From an uncultured Bacilli bacterium (lineage in GTDB: Bacteria; Bacillota_I; Bacilli_A; RF39; UBA660): 64,000 nucleotides of DNA. Under the pieces are notes generated by a model. That model was given only the letters and a program-made list of their open reading frames with translations. It was not told the DNA's origin and searched no databases. The DNA is taken from NCBI GenBank assembly GCA_934086145.1, contig CAKOHV010000006.1, positions 568-64,567 of the forward strand, given 5' to 3'. Of this stretch, positions 22,008 to 31,459 are shown in pieces; positions within the stretch are counted from its first letter, which is position 1, and the number at the start of each line of letters is the position of its first letter. A program made the position numbers and the translations under genes.

Positions 22008-23870
22008 ATGGGCGATAAAATAAAAATATTAGAAGACATATCGACACTTGCTAGAATGTGTCGCTCCAAAAGTGATGGAGCTTCTTTAAAAATTGAAGAA
22101 GATGAAATTAATAGCAAAATAGCTGATTTACAAAATGAAATAACTGATTTGAAAATATCATCAGAAGAAGATAACTATGATACAAGTGCTGAAATGGCCG
22201 ATCGTAATATTGAAATCATCTCTAAAAAAATCATTCAAAATGTTAAAAATGAATGTAAAGTAAAAAGCAATGAATTATCTAAATTAAAAATTCAGGAAGA
22301 AGATTTAAGTAGTAATTTAAACAATCTTAAAAGAACACGTAAAAGTTATGAAAAATATATTGCAAGTATGCAGGATAGAATTTCTACATCTACCGATAAT
22401 GAAGTAATTAGCCGTTATAGTTCTCTTATAACAACGACGGAAGAAAAAGTTAAAAAGTTAGATGAAACAATAGCACAAAGTACTGCAGAGTATAGTAAAG
22501 TTCAAAATAGAATAGAAAAATTATCAACTGATATTGCTAAATTTGAAAAGACGATTGCCCGTAAACAAGAACAATTAAATGAGGCTCAAAAAAATCTCGA
22601 AAATAAAGATGTTTATATCGATAAAACTAAAAAACAAAAAACTGATAAGAAAGTTAAAGAACTAGAAGATCGTATTAGCAAGCATCAAGAAAGACTAGAA
22701 CAGATCCATGAAGATCCTAAATATTTAGAAATAAAAATTCGTGATGTTCTTTCTGATAATGAAGATATTTTTAATGCCAGAAGCTATATAATAAAACTTC
22801 TTTCTAAAAGTGCTAAACAGCCTTATATGAATATTGATGCTGACAATGCTTTAGAGGAAGAATTGCTAAGAGCGACTCAAGCTCGTGATAGCTTTGCTAA
22901 TGAAATCGATCAAAAAACTTATGACGTTATGGATACTGTTAATCCAGAACAAATTAGAATAGAATACTTAAATAATCGTATAAATAATTGGAACAATGAT
23001 TTGAAAAATTTAGAACTTCAAGCTGCAACTATTGACCGTGACGAACAATATCATTACGAAGACAAAGCTGATACGCTAGATAAATTAATCGAAACAATGC
23101 GTAACGAACTAAAAGATTATAAAAAGGCTTATAATGATGAACCAGAAGCCAATTTAAGCGCTAAGGCCACCCTTAAAGTAGCCTTAGAAGAAAAAAAATC
23201 AGACTTACTAGCTGCCCAAGAAATTGCTAGTAAATTTAGAAAAGATGAAGCAACTGATATTGCTAAAGCAAGTCATATTAACAAAGTCGAAATTGAAGAA
23301 ATTAAACAAAATATCAAAAATGCTCAAAAAGAAATCGAAGCTATTCATCAAAGATTAATGTCTAAAAAAACTGGTATGAAAGATATAGGTAGTCAAAATA
23401 GAGATAAAGAAAAATTAAAAGAACTAGCTAAAGTAGTAATTGACATAAAACATCGTCGTCAATTTTCTGAAAAACCAATTGACATAGCAGCAAGACTAGA
23501 AAAAGAACTTGGTATGGAAGTTGTTGAAGCGGCTTTTAACATTAGTAAAAAAAATCAACAACGAGTTGATAAAGTTCCTCAAAGTAGCGAAAATAGGGGC
23601 GTGAAAGTTGTTTCTGCTGATAAGATAAAAACTAATCGTATTGAAAAACCACTTCCTAATTTCGACGCTAAACCAACTCCAGCTGCCATCAAACCTACAC
23701 CAGTAGTTCCTATTAAAAAAACAGAGCCAACTCCGGTTCCTGTTGTAGAATCAATACCTGAAAGACTAGAACAACCAGATATGCCACAAACCATAACCGT
23801 CTCTCAAGTTGATTTAGCTAAAGAATTAGACAATTTTGTAGCAAGCTTAGATAATCAAATAACTAGTTAG
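22008..23870 (+). CDS. Long coiled-coil protein with a proline-rich C-terminal segment
   Basis: 620 aa, E/K/L-rich with heptad-like composition throughout. C-terminus reads KPTPAAIKPTPVVPIKKTEPTPVPVV. No enzymatic motif seen. Confidence 0.6.
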   Translation: MGDKIKILEDISTLARMCRSKSDGASLKIEEDEINSKIADLQNEITDLKISSEEDNYDTSAEMADRNIEIISKKIIQNVKNECKVKSNELSKLKIQEEDLSSNLNNLKRTRKSYEKYIASMQDRISTSTDNEVISRYSSLITTTEEKVKKLDETIAQSTAEYSKVQNRIEKLSTDIAKFEKTIARKQEQLNEAQKNLENKDVYIDKTKKQKTDKKVKELEDRISKHQERLEQIHEDPKYLEIKIRDVLSDNEDIFNARSYIIKLLSKSAKQPYMNIDADNALEEELLRATQARDSFANEIDQKTYDVMDTVNPEQIRIEYLNNRINNWNNDLKNLELQAATIDRDEQYHYEDKADTLDKLIETMRNELKDYKKAYNDEPEANLSAKATLKVALEEKKSDLLAAQEIASKFRKDEATDIAKASHINKVEIEEIKQNIKNAQKEIEAIHQRLMSKKTGMKDIGSQNRDKEKLKELAKVVIDIKHRRQFSEKPIDIAARLEKELGMEVVEAAFNISKKNQQRVDKVPQSSENRGVKVVSADKIKTNRIEKPLPNFDAKPTPAAIKPTPVVPIKKTEPTPVPVVESIPERLEQPDMPQTITVSQVDLAKELDNFVASLDNQITS

Positions 23871-23880
23871 GAGGATAAAT

Positions 23881-24126
23881 ATGGGCTTAAAAACTAATAC
23901 AATAATCAGCCTAGAAAATAATGAACGCTATGTTGTTTTAAATGAAACAATGTATGGTGGCGTAAAATATTTCCTTGTCATGGGAGTTGACGACAAAAAA
24001 GATGTCATTCCTACTAATGTAGCCATTGTGGAAGAAATAATTGATGGCGCTGATACCTACGTAGAAAGGGTTAAAGATCCTGAACTAATAATAATTTTAA
24101 CTAGAATTCTAAAATCTCAAATATAA
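23881..24126 (+). CDS. DUF1292-like small protein
   Basis: 81 aa; ENNERYVVLNETMYGGVKYFLVMG resembles the DUF1292 pattern. Starts 10 nt after the coiled-coil gene. Confidence 0.55.
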   Translation: MGLKTNTIISLENNERYVVLNETMYGGVKYFLVMGVDDKKDVIPTNVAIVEEIIDGADTYVERVKDPELIIILTRILKSQI

Positions 24127-24147
24127 GCAGTTGACCTGCTTTTTTTG
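24125..24147 (+). terminator. Rho-independent terminator
   Basis: aagcag-ttgac-ctgctt followed by a T run. Confidence 0.7.
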
Positions 24148-24218
24148 TTTTAACAAATAACTTAATTGACTTTAAACTATGGCTGTAGTAGTATAAAACA
24201 TAATTTAGGAGGTTTTTT

Positions 24219-25049
24219 ATGAATATTTTTATTCTTTTCTTTGATTTGCTTTTAACTTTACCACTATCTTTTATCATAATTTATTCCTCACAAAAAGGTA
24301 AAAAAAATCTATATAATTTACTATTACCAACAATATATATGATAATTATCAGTGCTATCTGGTCTCAGTTAAAAACTAACATTTTTTTAATTCCAATTTT
24401 TGAATTATTTATTCGTAATTTTTATATTACTAATATCAAAGATGAATACAATGATAATAAGAAAGATTTTTTCTATAGTATACTATCTATAATCATAAGT
24501 ACACTTACTTACAATATGTTTATTTCTAAGGTCGATAATGTTTTGCCGCAACCTGAAGAATTTAAAAGTTTATTATGGTTTCTAATTATCATCTTTATTT
24601 ATTTATATTTTGCCGATACCCAAACTAACACCACTGCCCATTTAAAATCATTAGCTAACAAAAAAGAATACGTTGTTATGCAATACGCTAAATTTAAAAC
24701 CAAATATGGTACTATAGTAAACAGTAAAAACGAAAAAATAAACTTACTAACTTATGCTATTATGATTCATGAAAATTATCAACATCCTGTTTTTTATCGT
24801 AGTGTTTCTTCTTACCTAAACCATCTTTTAAATAAGAAAAACTACTATGGTATCATGCAAGTATCTTCTCCTATCCCTCTTAGTGACGAAGAAAGTATTA
24901 AAATCGTTTTGGATGAACTCGAAAAAAATCTAAAAAAAGAAGATTTAACGAAGAAAAATATAGAACAATACTTAAAAAAAGAAAACGAATTAAAAAAAGA
25001 TGAAATAATACTTATCTATGAATATTTACAAGACTTTATTAAAGAATAA
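24219..25049 (+). CDS. Polytopic membrane protein with a possible SLT-like (lytic transglycosylase-like) C-terminal domain
   Basis: Four or five N-terminal TM segments. The C-terminal AIMIHENYQ...YYGIMQVSS loosely resembles the E...GLMQ motif of the SLT domain. Confidence 0.4.
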   Translation: MNIFILFFDLLLTLPLSFIIIYSSQKGKKNLYNLLLPTIYMIIISAIWSQLKTNIFLIPIFELFIRNFYITNIKDEYNDNKKDFFYSILSIIISTLTYNMFISKVDNVLPQPEEFKSLLWFLIIIFIYLYFADTQTNTTAHLKSLANKKEYVVMQYAKFKTKYGTIVNSKNEKINLLTYAIMIHENYQHPVFYRSVSSYLNHLLNKKNYYGIMQVSSPIPLSDEESIKIVLDELEKNLKKEDLTKKNIEQYLKKENELKKDEIILIYEYLQDFIKE

Positions 25050-25064
25050 ACTCTCATATTTTGT

Positions 25065-25093
25065 TTGCTTAAATTATAAGATTGTGCTAAAAT
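25065..25093 (+). promoter_or_regulatory. pheST promoter (TTGCTT-17-TAAAAT)
   Basis: TTGCTT at 25065-25070, a 17-nt spacer and TAAAAT at 25088-25093. Confidence 0.6.
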
Positions 25094-25094
25094 A

Positions 25095-25317
25095 CACATT
25101 AGAAACGTTGAAGATGGATTAAGTAGTTTTATTAATCTTAATTAGAGATTAAACATCATCGGCTGCAAGTGTTTAAAGATAATTAATAAAATCGAATTTC
25201 ACCATTAGAGTTGTATCGCTGATAGAGGCGTTATTTCTATAAAAAAGAGCTAGAATTCTAGAATTAGGGTGGTACCGCGGAATTTATATTTCGTCCCTTA
25301 GTTTTAGAATTTTTTTA
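25095..25317 (+). promoter_or_regulatory. T-box riboswitch leader, Phe specifier (UUC)
   Basis: Stem I elements (agatgg...aagtag, ggctgcaa). UUC at 25198-25200 is followed by A in a specifier-loop-like context. Canonical T-box sequence AATTAGGGTGGTACCGCG at about 25262-25279. Lies directly upstream of pheS. Confidence 0.85.
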
Positions 25318-25332
25318 TTGGAGGTAATAAAA

Positions 25333-26382
25333 ATGCAAGAAAAGGCAGAACAAATTAAAAATTCATTACTAGAAGAAATGAATTCGATAAACAAAATTCA
25401 AGATTTGGTAGAATTAAAATCACGTTATCTAGGCAAATCAGGACAAATTACTGAATTAACCAAGAATATGAAAGATTTATCTATCGAAGAAAGAAAAGAA
25501 GTTGGTAAAATTTCTAATATTTTAAAAAATGAAGTAACTAAAATATTAAGTGATAAAGAAGAAGAATTGAAAAATATTCAATTAAATGAAAGACTTGCTA
25601 AAGAAGAAATTGATATAACTTTACCAAGTAAAAAAATTAAACGTGGTTCTCTTCATCCAATGACTAGAATTACAGAGGAATTAGAAGACCTATTTGTTTC
25701 AATGGGTTACACAGTATATGAAGGCCCAGAAATTGAATCTGATGAAAATTGTTTCCAAAAACTTAATTTACCTAAAGGACATCCTGCTCGTGATGCTCAA
25801 GATACATTCTATCTTGCGAACGAAATGGAAAACTATTTACTAAGAAGTCAAACATCAACTGCTCAGGTACGAGCAATGGCTGATAACCAAGAAAAAGGAC
25901 CTATAAGAATTGTTTGTCCTGGCAAAGTATATCGTCGTGATGAAGATGCTACACACTCTCATCAATTTATGCAAATCGAAGGTTTAGTTATCGATAAAAA
26001 CATATCTATGGCTGATTTAAAAGGAACCCTTGAAGTAATGATGAAACATGTCTTAGGAGAAAAAACTCAAGTAAGATTTAGACCAAGTTTCTTCCCATTT
26101 ACCGAACCCTCTGTCGAGGTTGACGTAACTTGTTTTAAATGTGGTGGTAAAGGTTGCAACTTATGTAAACAAACCGGTTGGATTGAAGTCCTAGGTGCTG
26201 GAATGGTTCACCCTAATGTTTTAAGAATGAGTGGTTATGATCCAGACGTATATCAAGGCTTTGCTTTTGGTACTGGCTTAGACAGAATGGCTATGTTTAA
26301 ATATGGTATTCCAGATATAAGAACTATTTATGGTAATGATATACGTTTTATTGAACAATTTGATAGAAAGGATGAAATATAA
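25333..26382 (+). CDS. pheS: Phenylalanine--tRNA ligase alpha subunit
   Basis: HPARDAQDTFY, FRPSFFPFTEPS and GAGMVHPNV motifs. ATG at 25333 lies behind GGAGG. Confidence 0.96.
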   Translation: MQEKAEQIKNSLLEEMNSINKIQDLVELKSRYLGKSGQITELTKNMKDLSIEERKEVGKISNILKNEVTKILSDKEEELKNIQLNERLAKEEIDITLPSKKIKRGSLHPMTRITEELEDLFVSMGYTVYEGPEIESDENCFQKLNLPKGHPARDAQDTFYLANEMENYLLRSQTSTAQVRAMADNQEKGPIRIVCPGKVYRRDEDATHSHQFMQIEGLVIDKNISMADLKGTLEVMMKHVLGEKTQVRFRPSFFPFTEPSVEVDVTCFKCGGKGCNLCKQTGWIEVLGAGMVHPNVLRMSGYDPDVYQGFAFGTGLDRMAMFKYGIPDIRTIYGNDIRFIEQFDRKDEI

Positions 26383-28748
26383 TGAAATTAAGTAGAAATT
26401 TTGTTTCTGATTATATAGATTTAGATAATCAACTTAGCGTTGTTGATCTTGCTGAAGCTATGACTAATGTTGGTAACGAATATGATTCAGCTGAACCCCT
26501 TATTAATTGTACTAATTTAATAACTGGTGAAGTCATTGATTGTATTCCTCACCCTGATTCAGATCATTTACATTGTTGTAAAGTCAATGTTGGCAACGAG
26601 GTCCTAGACATCGTTTGCGGGGCTCCTAACGTTCGAAAAGGCTTAAAAGTAATAGTTGCCTTACCAGGTGCCAAATTACCTGGAGGCGAGATAAAAAAAG
26701 GCAAAATACGTGGTTGTGAATCAAATGGTATGCTATGTTCTAAAGCTGAACTTGGTTTAGATAATAAATTCTTAGTTGAGGCCGATAAAGAAGGCATTCA
26801 TGAACTTCCTTTAGACACCGAAATAGGAATTGATCCTCTTGAAGTAATGAATCTTAAAGACGAAGTAATTGATTTTGAATTAACATCTAATCGAGGAGAT
26901 CTTCTAAGTATCTTAGGTATGGCCTATGAACTAGGAGCTATCTATTCTAAAAAAGTTAAACCAATTGATACTTCATATAGTAGTAATAATGATGATATTA
27001 ATAAACAATTTACTGTTAAAATATTTACCCCTGATTGTAAATTATTTCTTGCTAAAAAAGTTAAAAATTTAACAATAAAAGAAAGTCCAGACTTTATTAA
27101 AAGTCGTTTAATTGCATCAGGCATTCGACCTATTAACAATGTTGTAGACATCTCTAATTATGTTATGCTAGAAACTGGTCAACCTCTTCATTTCTATGAT
27201 GCTGATCGCTTAGGTGATACTATTGTCGTTCGTAATGCCCAAGAAGGCGAAAAGCTAACTACTTTAGATAATCAAGAACGTGCCTTATCTTCAACTGATA
27301 TTGTAATTGCTGATAATACTAAAGCTATTGGCTTAGCTGGTGTAATGGGTGGTTTATCTACCGAAGTTGAGGCCGATACTAAAAATATCATCATTGAATC
27401 AGCAATCTTTGATGCTATAAAAATAAGAAAAACAAGTAAAAAAATATTACGTAGTGAAGCTTCTAATCGCTTTGAAAAAGGCTTAGATCCTAGAAGAACT
27501 TATATGGCCATCGAAAGAAGTTGTAATCTTTTAGAAAAATATGCCGACGCTGAAATAGTTGGTGGTCTAGTAGAACAAAAAGATCTAACTATTGAAGACA
27601 CAGTCATTGATATAACAATGGATAAAATTGAAAGCGTTTTAGGAATTGCAATATCTAAAGAAGAAGTTATTAGTATTTTTGAAAGACTTGGTTTTACAGT
27701 TCTTGATACTGCTTCTAGTTTAAGAGTTACTGTTCCAACTCGTCGTTTAGATATTAAAATAGTTGAGGATTTAATCGAAGAAGTAGGTCGTATCCATGGT
27801 ATGGATAAAATAGAAGGCAAAATGCCAATACTTAGTGTTATTAAAGGACATTATGATTATACTAAACGTTCCATTAAACATAAATTAGCTGACTTAGGTT
27901 TAAATGAAACAATGAGTTATACTTTAATACCTCAAGGTAAAGTTAATATGTTTAATATCAATCCAATTACGCCAATTCATTTAAATGACCCAATGAGTGA
28001 AGATCGTAATACCCTTCGTTATAGCTTATTATATTCATTACTTGAAATTTATAATTATAATAAAGCTCGCAATAATAGTAACATTTCAATCTTTGAAATG
28101 GGTAAAGGCTTCTATAAAGAAAATGATGAATATAAAGAAGATTTAAAATTAGCTGTCTTAATGTCAGGTGATTACAAATTAGCTATTAATAATGAAAAGG
28201 TTGACTTCTATTATCTTAAAGGCATCATGGAAGAATTACTATACTTCTTAGGCTATGGTAATAGATATTCATTACTTGTTAAGGAATCAATTCCTAAAGA
28301 ATTACATCCAGGTCAAAGTGCTATCATAAATGTTGATGGTCAAGATCTTGGTATTATAGGTAAGCTTCATCCATTAGTACATAAAGATGACATATATGTG
28401 ATGGAACTAAATTTAACTCAATTATTAAAAACTAAAACACGTAAAATGAATTATAAAGAAATATCTAAGTTCCCAAGTGTTGTTAAAGATGTTGCTTTTA
28501 TCATTGATAATCATAAAACTAGTGCTGAAATAGAAAAAGTTATTAAACAAGCAGGCGGCAAGATGCTTGAAAAAATAAATGTTTTTGATATTTATCCTAA
28601 TATTGAAGAAGGAAAGAAATCAATTGCTTATAAATTAACTTTTAGTAATCCAAATAAGACTTTATCTGATGAGGAAGTTATGGAAGTATTTGAGAAAATT
28701 ATCAAAGAAGTAGAAGCTAAAACTAAATCTAAATTAAGAAATAATTAA
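26382..28748 (+). CDS. pheT: Phenylalanine--tRNA ligase beta subunit
   Basis: 788 aa with an N-terminal tRNA-binding domain, B3/4, B5 and FDX-ACB-like C-terminus. ATGA overlap with pheS. Confidence 0.95.
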   Translation: MKLSRNFVSDYIDLDNQLSVVDLAEAMTNVGNEYDSAEPLINCTNLITGEVIDCIPHPDSDHLHCCKVNVGNEVLDIVCGAPNVRKGLKVIVALPGAKLPGGEIKKGKIRGCESNGMLCSKAELGLDNKFLVEADKEGIHELPLDTEIGIDPLEVMNLKDEVIDFELTSNRGDLLSILGMAYELGAIYSKKVKPIDTSYSSNNDDINKQFTVKIFTPDCKLFLAKKVKNLTIKESPDFIKSRLIASGIRPINNVVDISNYVMLETGQPLHFYDADRLGDTIVVRNAQEGEKLTTLDNQERALSSTDIVIADNTKAIGLAGVMGGLSTEVEADTKNIIIESAIFDAIKIRKTSKKILRSEASNRFEKGLDPRRTYMAIERSCNLLEKYADAEIVGGLVEQKDLTIEDTVIDITMDKIESVLGIAISKEEVISIFERLGFTVLDTASSLRVTVPTRRLDIKIVEDLIEEVGRIHGMDKIEGKMPILSVIKGHYDYTKRSIKHKLADLGLNETMSYTLIPQGKVNMFNINPITPIHLNDPMSEDRNTLRYSLLYSLLEIYNYNKARNNSNISIFEMGKGFYKENDEYKEDLKLAVLMSGDYKLAINNEKVDFYYLKGIMEELLYFLGYGNRYSLLVKESIPKELHPGQSAIINVDGQDLGIIGKLHPLVHKDDIYVMELNLTQLLKTKTRKMNYKEISKFPSVVKDVAFIIDNHKTSAEIEKVIKQAGGKMLEKINVFDIYPNIEEGKKSIAYKLTFSNPNKTLSDEEVMEVFEKIIKEVEAKTKSKLRNN

Positions 28749-28753
28749 TAAAA

Positions 28754-28783
28754 AGCTACTATAAATAATATAGTGGCTTTTTT
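28754..28783 (+). terminator. Rho-independent terminator of pheST
   Basis: agctactata-aataa-tatagtggct followed by TTTTT. Confidence 0.75.
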
Positions 28784-28907
28784 AATGCCTTTTAGCCTCA
28801 TCCTAGCCTTAATATATACTAAATGATTAATTATACTATAACTAACCATTTATCAAAAATAGCCACAAAAAAAGCTCTTTATAGAGCTCTTTAATTACTT
28901 AACTATT

Positions 28908-31442
28908 TTATTTTTGACCAGCTGTATAATTTTCACTAACAACTTTTGTTTTACCTGTAAATGTCCATCCTTCTAAGTAAGATTCTTTACTCCAGATATA
29001 TTTATAAGAAACAGTAGTTTGTTTTTCAATATTAGCATCAATTACTTCAGTAGTTTGTTTAGTACATTTATCTCCATTTTGAGTATAACCAGTAAGACAT
29101 GTATATCCAGTGATTTCACCTTTTTTAATAATAGTACATTTATCGCCTTCTAAAGTTGCATCAGCATCTTCACAATAATATATATTAGAACTTTCTACCA
29201 TCTTAGAACATACTGTAGATTCACCATCACCTGATTTAGTATAACCTTCAGGACAAGTATAAGTATAAGTTGTTTTCTTAGTAACATCTATTTTTAATTC
29301 ACATTTATTAATACTAGCATTTAAAGTATAACCTTCAGGACAACTATATTTCTTTTCTCCAGGAGTACTTATAGGATCTTTTGTGATTACACAAGTTTTA
29401 TCTTTTAAAGTACCACCATTAGGACAAGAATATGAGCCAGTTCCATTGCTAGCAGTAGCAGCATAAGTCATTTTACATTCTTTTCCGCTTAATGTATAAC
29501 CAGTAGGGCAACTATAAGTTGGAGTAGAAGTTACATTAGCAGTAAGTGTACACTTAGTACCATTTAATGTACCACCATTAGGACAAGAATAACTTGTATT
29601 TGGTGTAGCATTAATTGTAGAACTTCCTGATGTTACACACTTAGTACCACTTAAAGTACCACCGTTAGGACAAGAGTAAGTAGTATTTGGTGTAGCATCA
29701 TAACTAGTAGAACCAGTTGTTACACACTTAGTACCACTTAAAGTACCACCATTAGGACAAGAATAAGTAGTATTTGGTGTAGCACCATAACTAGATTGAT
29801 TTGTTACCTTACATGTAGTACCACTTAAAGTACCACCATTAGGACAAGAATAATTATTTTTAGCACTTCTAGTATAATAAGTATATTTATACCAGATTCC
29901 TTTATTTCCACAAGGACTTCCACAAGTTGCTCCTGATACAGCTCCATTATAAACTAATTTTGAAGTGTTAGCAGTGTAAGCTTTACTTGCTGAAGTATAG
30001 TATTGAGTTCCAGCAGCAACCCATCCTCCGTAGCTAACAGAAACTGTTGCATTATAACTTGAAGACGAAGTTACGATGCATGTTGTACCACTTAAGCTTC
30101 CTCCTCTAGGACAAGAATATGTCGTATGTGGAGTAGCATTGTAACTATTTGATGTTCCTTTAATACATTTAGTACCATTTAAAGTACCACCATTAGGACA
30201 AGAGTAAGTGGTATTTGGAGTAGCGTTATAACTATCGCTTGTAGCTTTAGTACATTTAGTACCATCTTTAGTATAACCTTCAGGACAAGTATATGAAGTA
30301 GAAGCTGTTGCATCATAAACTTTGTAGCAACTAGATCCATTCTTAGTATATCCAGCAGGACAAGTATAAGCAGGAGTAGAAGTTGCTTCTTTAGTAACTG
30401 TACAATTCTTACCATCTAAAGTACCACCATTAGGACAAGAGTAAGAAACTTCACCTTCTTTATATGTTGCAGTATATGTCTTAACACATTTAGTACCATC
30501 TCTAGTATAACCTTCAGGACAAGTATATTTTGTAGGTCCATCTTCTTCTATTATATCAGTATATTTAATACAATAAGAACCATTTTTAGTATAACCTTCA
30601 GGACAAGTATATTCAGTTACAGTTTTCTTAATATAATTAGCATAAACTGGATGTGGTCCTGGATTATTATATTTAGCATCTTTTATAATAACTTCATCTT
30701 TACCATAGATTGGTGTAGCATTAATTGTTGCTCCAGTTGAAGACTTAATACATTTTGTACCATTTTTAGTATAACCCTCAGGGCAAGTATAAACGGTCTT
30801 AGTTGAATATATTGCTTTTTTATGTTGATAATATGTTACAGTTGTTTTTTTGATGCCTAAATCAGCACTTTTAACATCTGTATATTGACTATCGTCATCA
30901 TCCTCATTTACATCATCACCACTAGAGTTAACATCTTTGTTACCAGAACTATTAGTATTAGTAGCAACTGAATCTTTATTAGTATTACTTGAAGAACTAC
31001 AACTGCTTCCTGAACAAGTACCATTTGCTCCAAGTGTTTCTAGAACATAATCTCTTTGTTCACCACAATTTAGTTCAATTTTTAATACATATTCGCTATC
31101 AGCAGTTTTAGTAACTTGAACTTTACTAGAACTTTCATCACAATAATTTTTGTCTTTATCAGTAAATCTGATAATCATCTTGTTGTCTATCATTTCTTTC
31201 AAAGTCATAGACGTTGAATCACCTACTGTAGCAGGTAATCTATCGTTTGTGTAGTATTTTTCTGCTGCACTTTTCATAGTATTTATATTTGTTGTATAAA
31301 TACTATCATAAAATACATCTAAGTCAGGTTTTGGAAATAATATTAATAATAAAACTATGAATAATGCTAATAAAATAATTTTTATAATAATATCTTTCCA
31401 ATTAATACCGACTTTGTAAGTAACATTACTATCTTCGTACAT
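28908..31442 (-). CDS. N-anchored surface protein built from about 18 two-cysteine repeats (Y-[ST]-C-P-x-G-[GY]-T-x-x-G-x-x-C)
   Basis: ORF 28908..31448. The ATG at 31442 lies 8 nt after AGGAGG. TM IIKIILLALFIVLLLILF, then a unique domain, an Asn/Ser/Asp-rich linker, and repeats such as YTCPEGYTKNGTKC and YSCPNGGTLSGTKC. Confidence 0.8.
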   Translation of the reverse strand: MYEDSNVTYKVGINWKDIIIKIILLALFIVLLLILFPKPDLDVFYDSIYTTNINTMKSAAEKYYTNDRLPATVGDSTSMTLKEMIDNKMIIRFTDKDKNYCDESSSKVQVTKTADSEYVLKIELNCGEQRDYVLETLGANGTCSGSSCSSSSNTNKDSVATNTNSSGNKDVNSSGDDVNEDDDDSQYTDVKSADLGIKKTTVTYYQHKKAIYSTKTVYTCPEGYTKNGTKCIKSSTGATINATPIYGKDEVIIKDAKYNNPGPHPVYANYIKKTVTEYTCPEGYTKNGSYCIKYTDIIEEDGPTKYTCPEGYTRDGTKCVKTYTATYKEGEVSYSCPNGGTLDGKNCTVTKEATSTPAYTCPAGYTKNGSSCYKVYDATASTSYTCPEGYTKDGTKCTKATSDSYNATPNTTYSCPNGGTLNGTKCIKGTSNSYNATPHTTYSCPRGGSLSGTTCIVTSSSSYNATVSVSYGGWVAAGTQYYTSASKAYTANTSKLVYNGAVSGATCGSPCGNKGIWYKYTYYTRSAKNNYSCPNGGTLSGTTCKVTNQSSYGATPNTTYSCPNGGTLSGTKCVTTGSTSYDATPNTTYSCPNGGTLSGTKCVTSGSSTINATPNTSYSCPNGGTLNGTKCTLTANVTSTPTYSCPTGYTLSGKECKMTYAATASNGTGSYSCPNGGTLKDKTCVITKDPISTPGEKKYSCPEGYTLNASINKCELKIDVTKKTTYTYTCPEGYTKSGDGESTVCSKMVESSNIYYCEDADATLEGDKCTIIKKGEITGYTCLTGYTQNGDKCTKQTTEVIDANIEKQTTVSYKYIWSKESYLEGWTFTGKTKVVSENYTAGQK
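29540..29900 (-). repeat. Near-identical 87-bp (29-aa) tandem repeats inside the Cys-repeat gene
   Basis: The string taccacc(a/g)ttaggacaaga recurs at 29570, 29657, 29744 and 29831, an exact 87-nt period. More diverged copies occur at about 29411, 30090, 30185 and 30420. Confidence 0.85.
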
Positions 31443-31459
31443 AATCAAAACCTCCTAAA

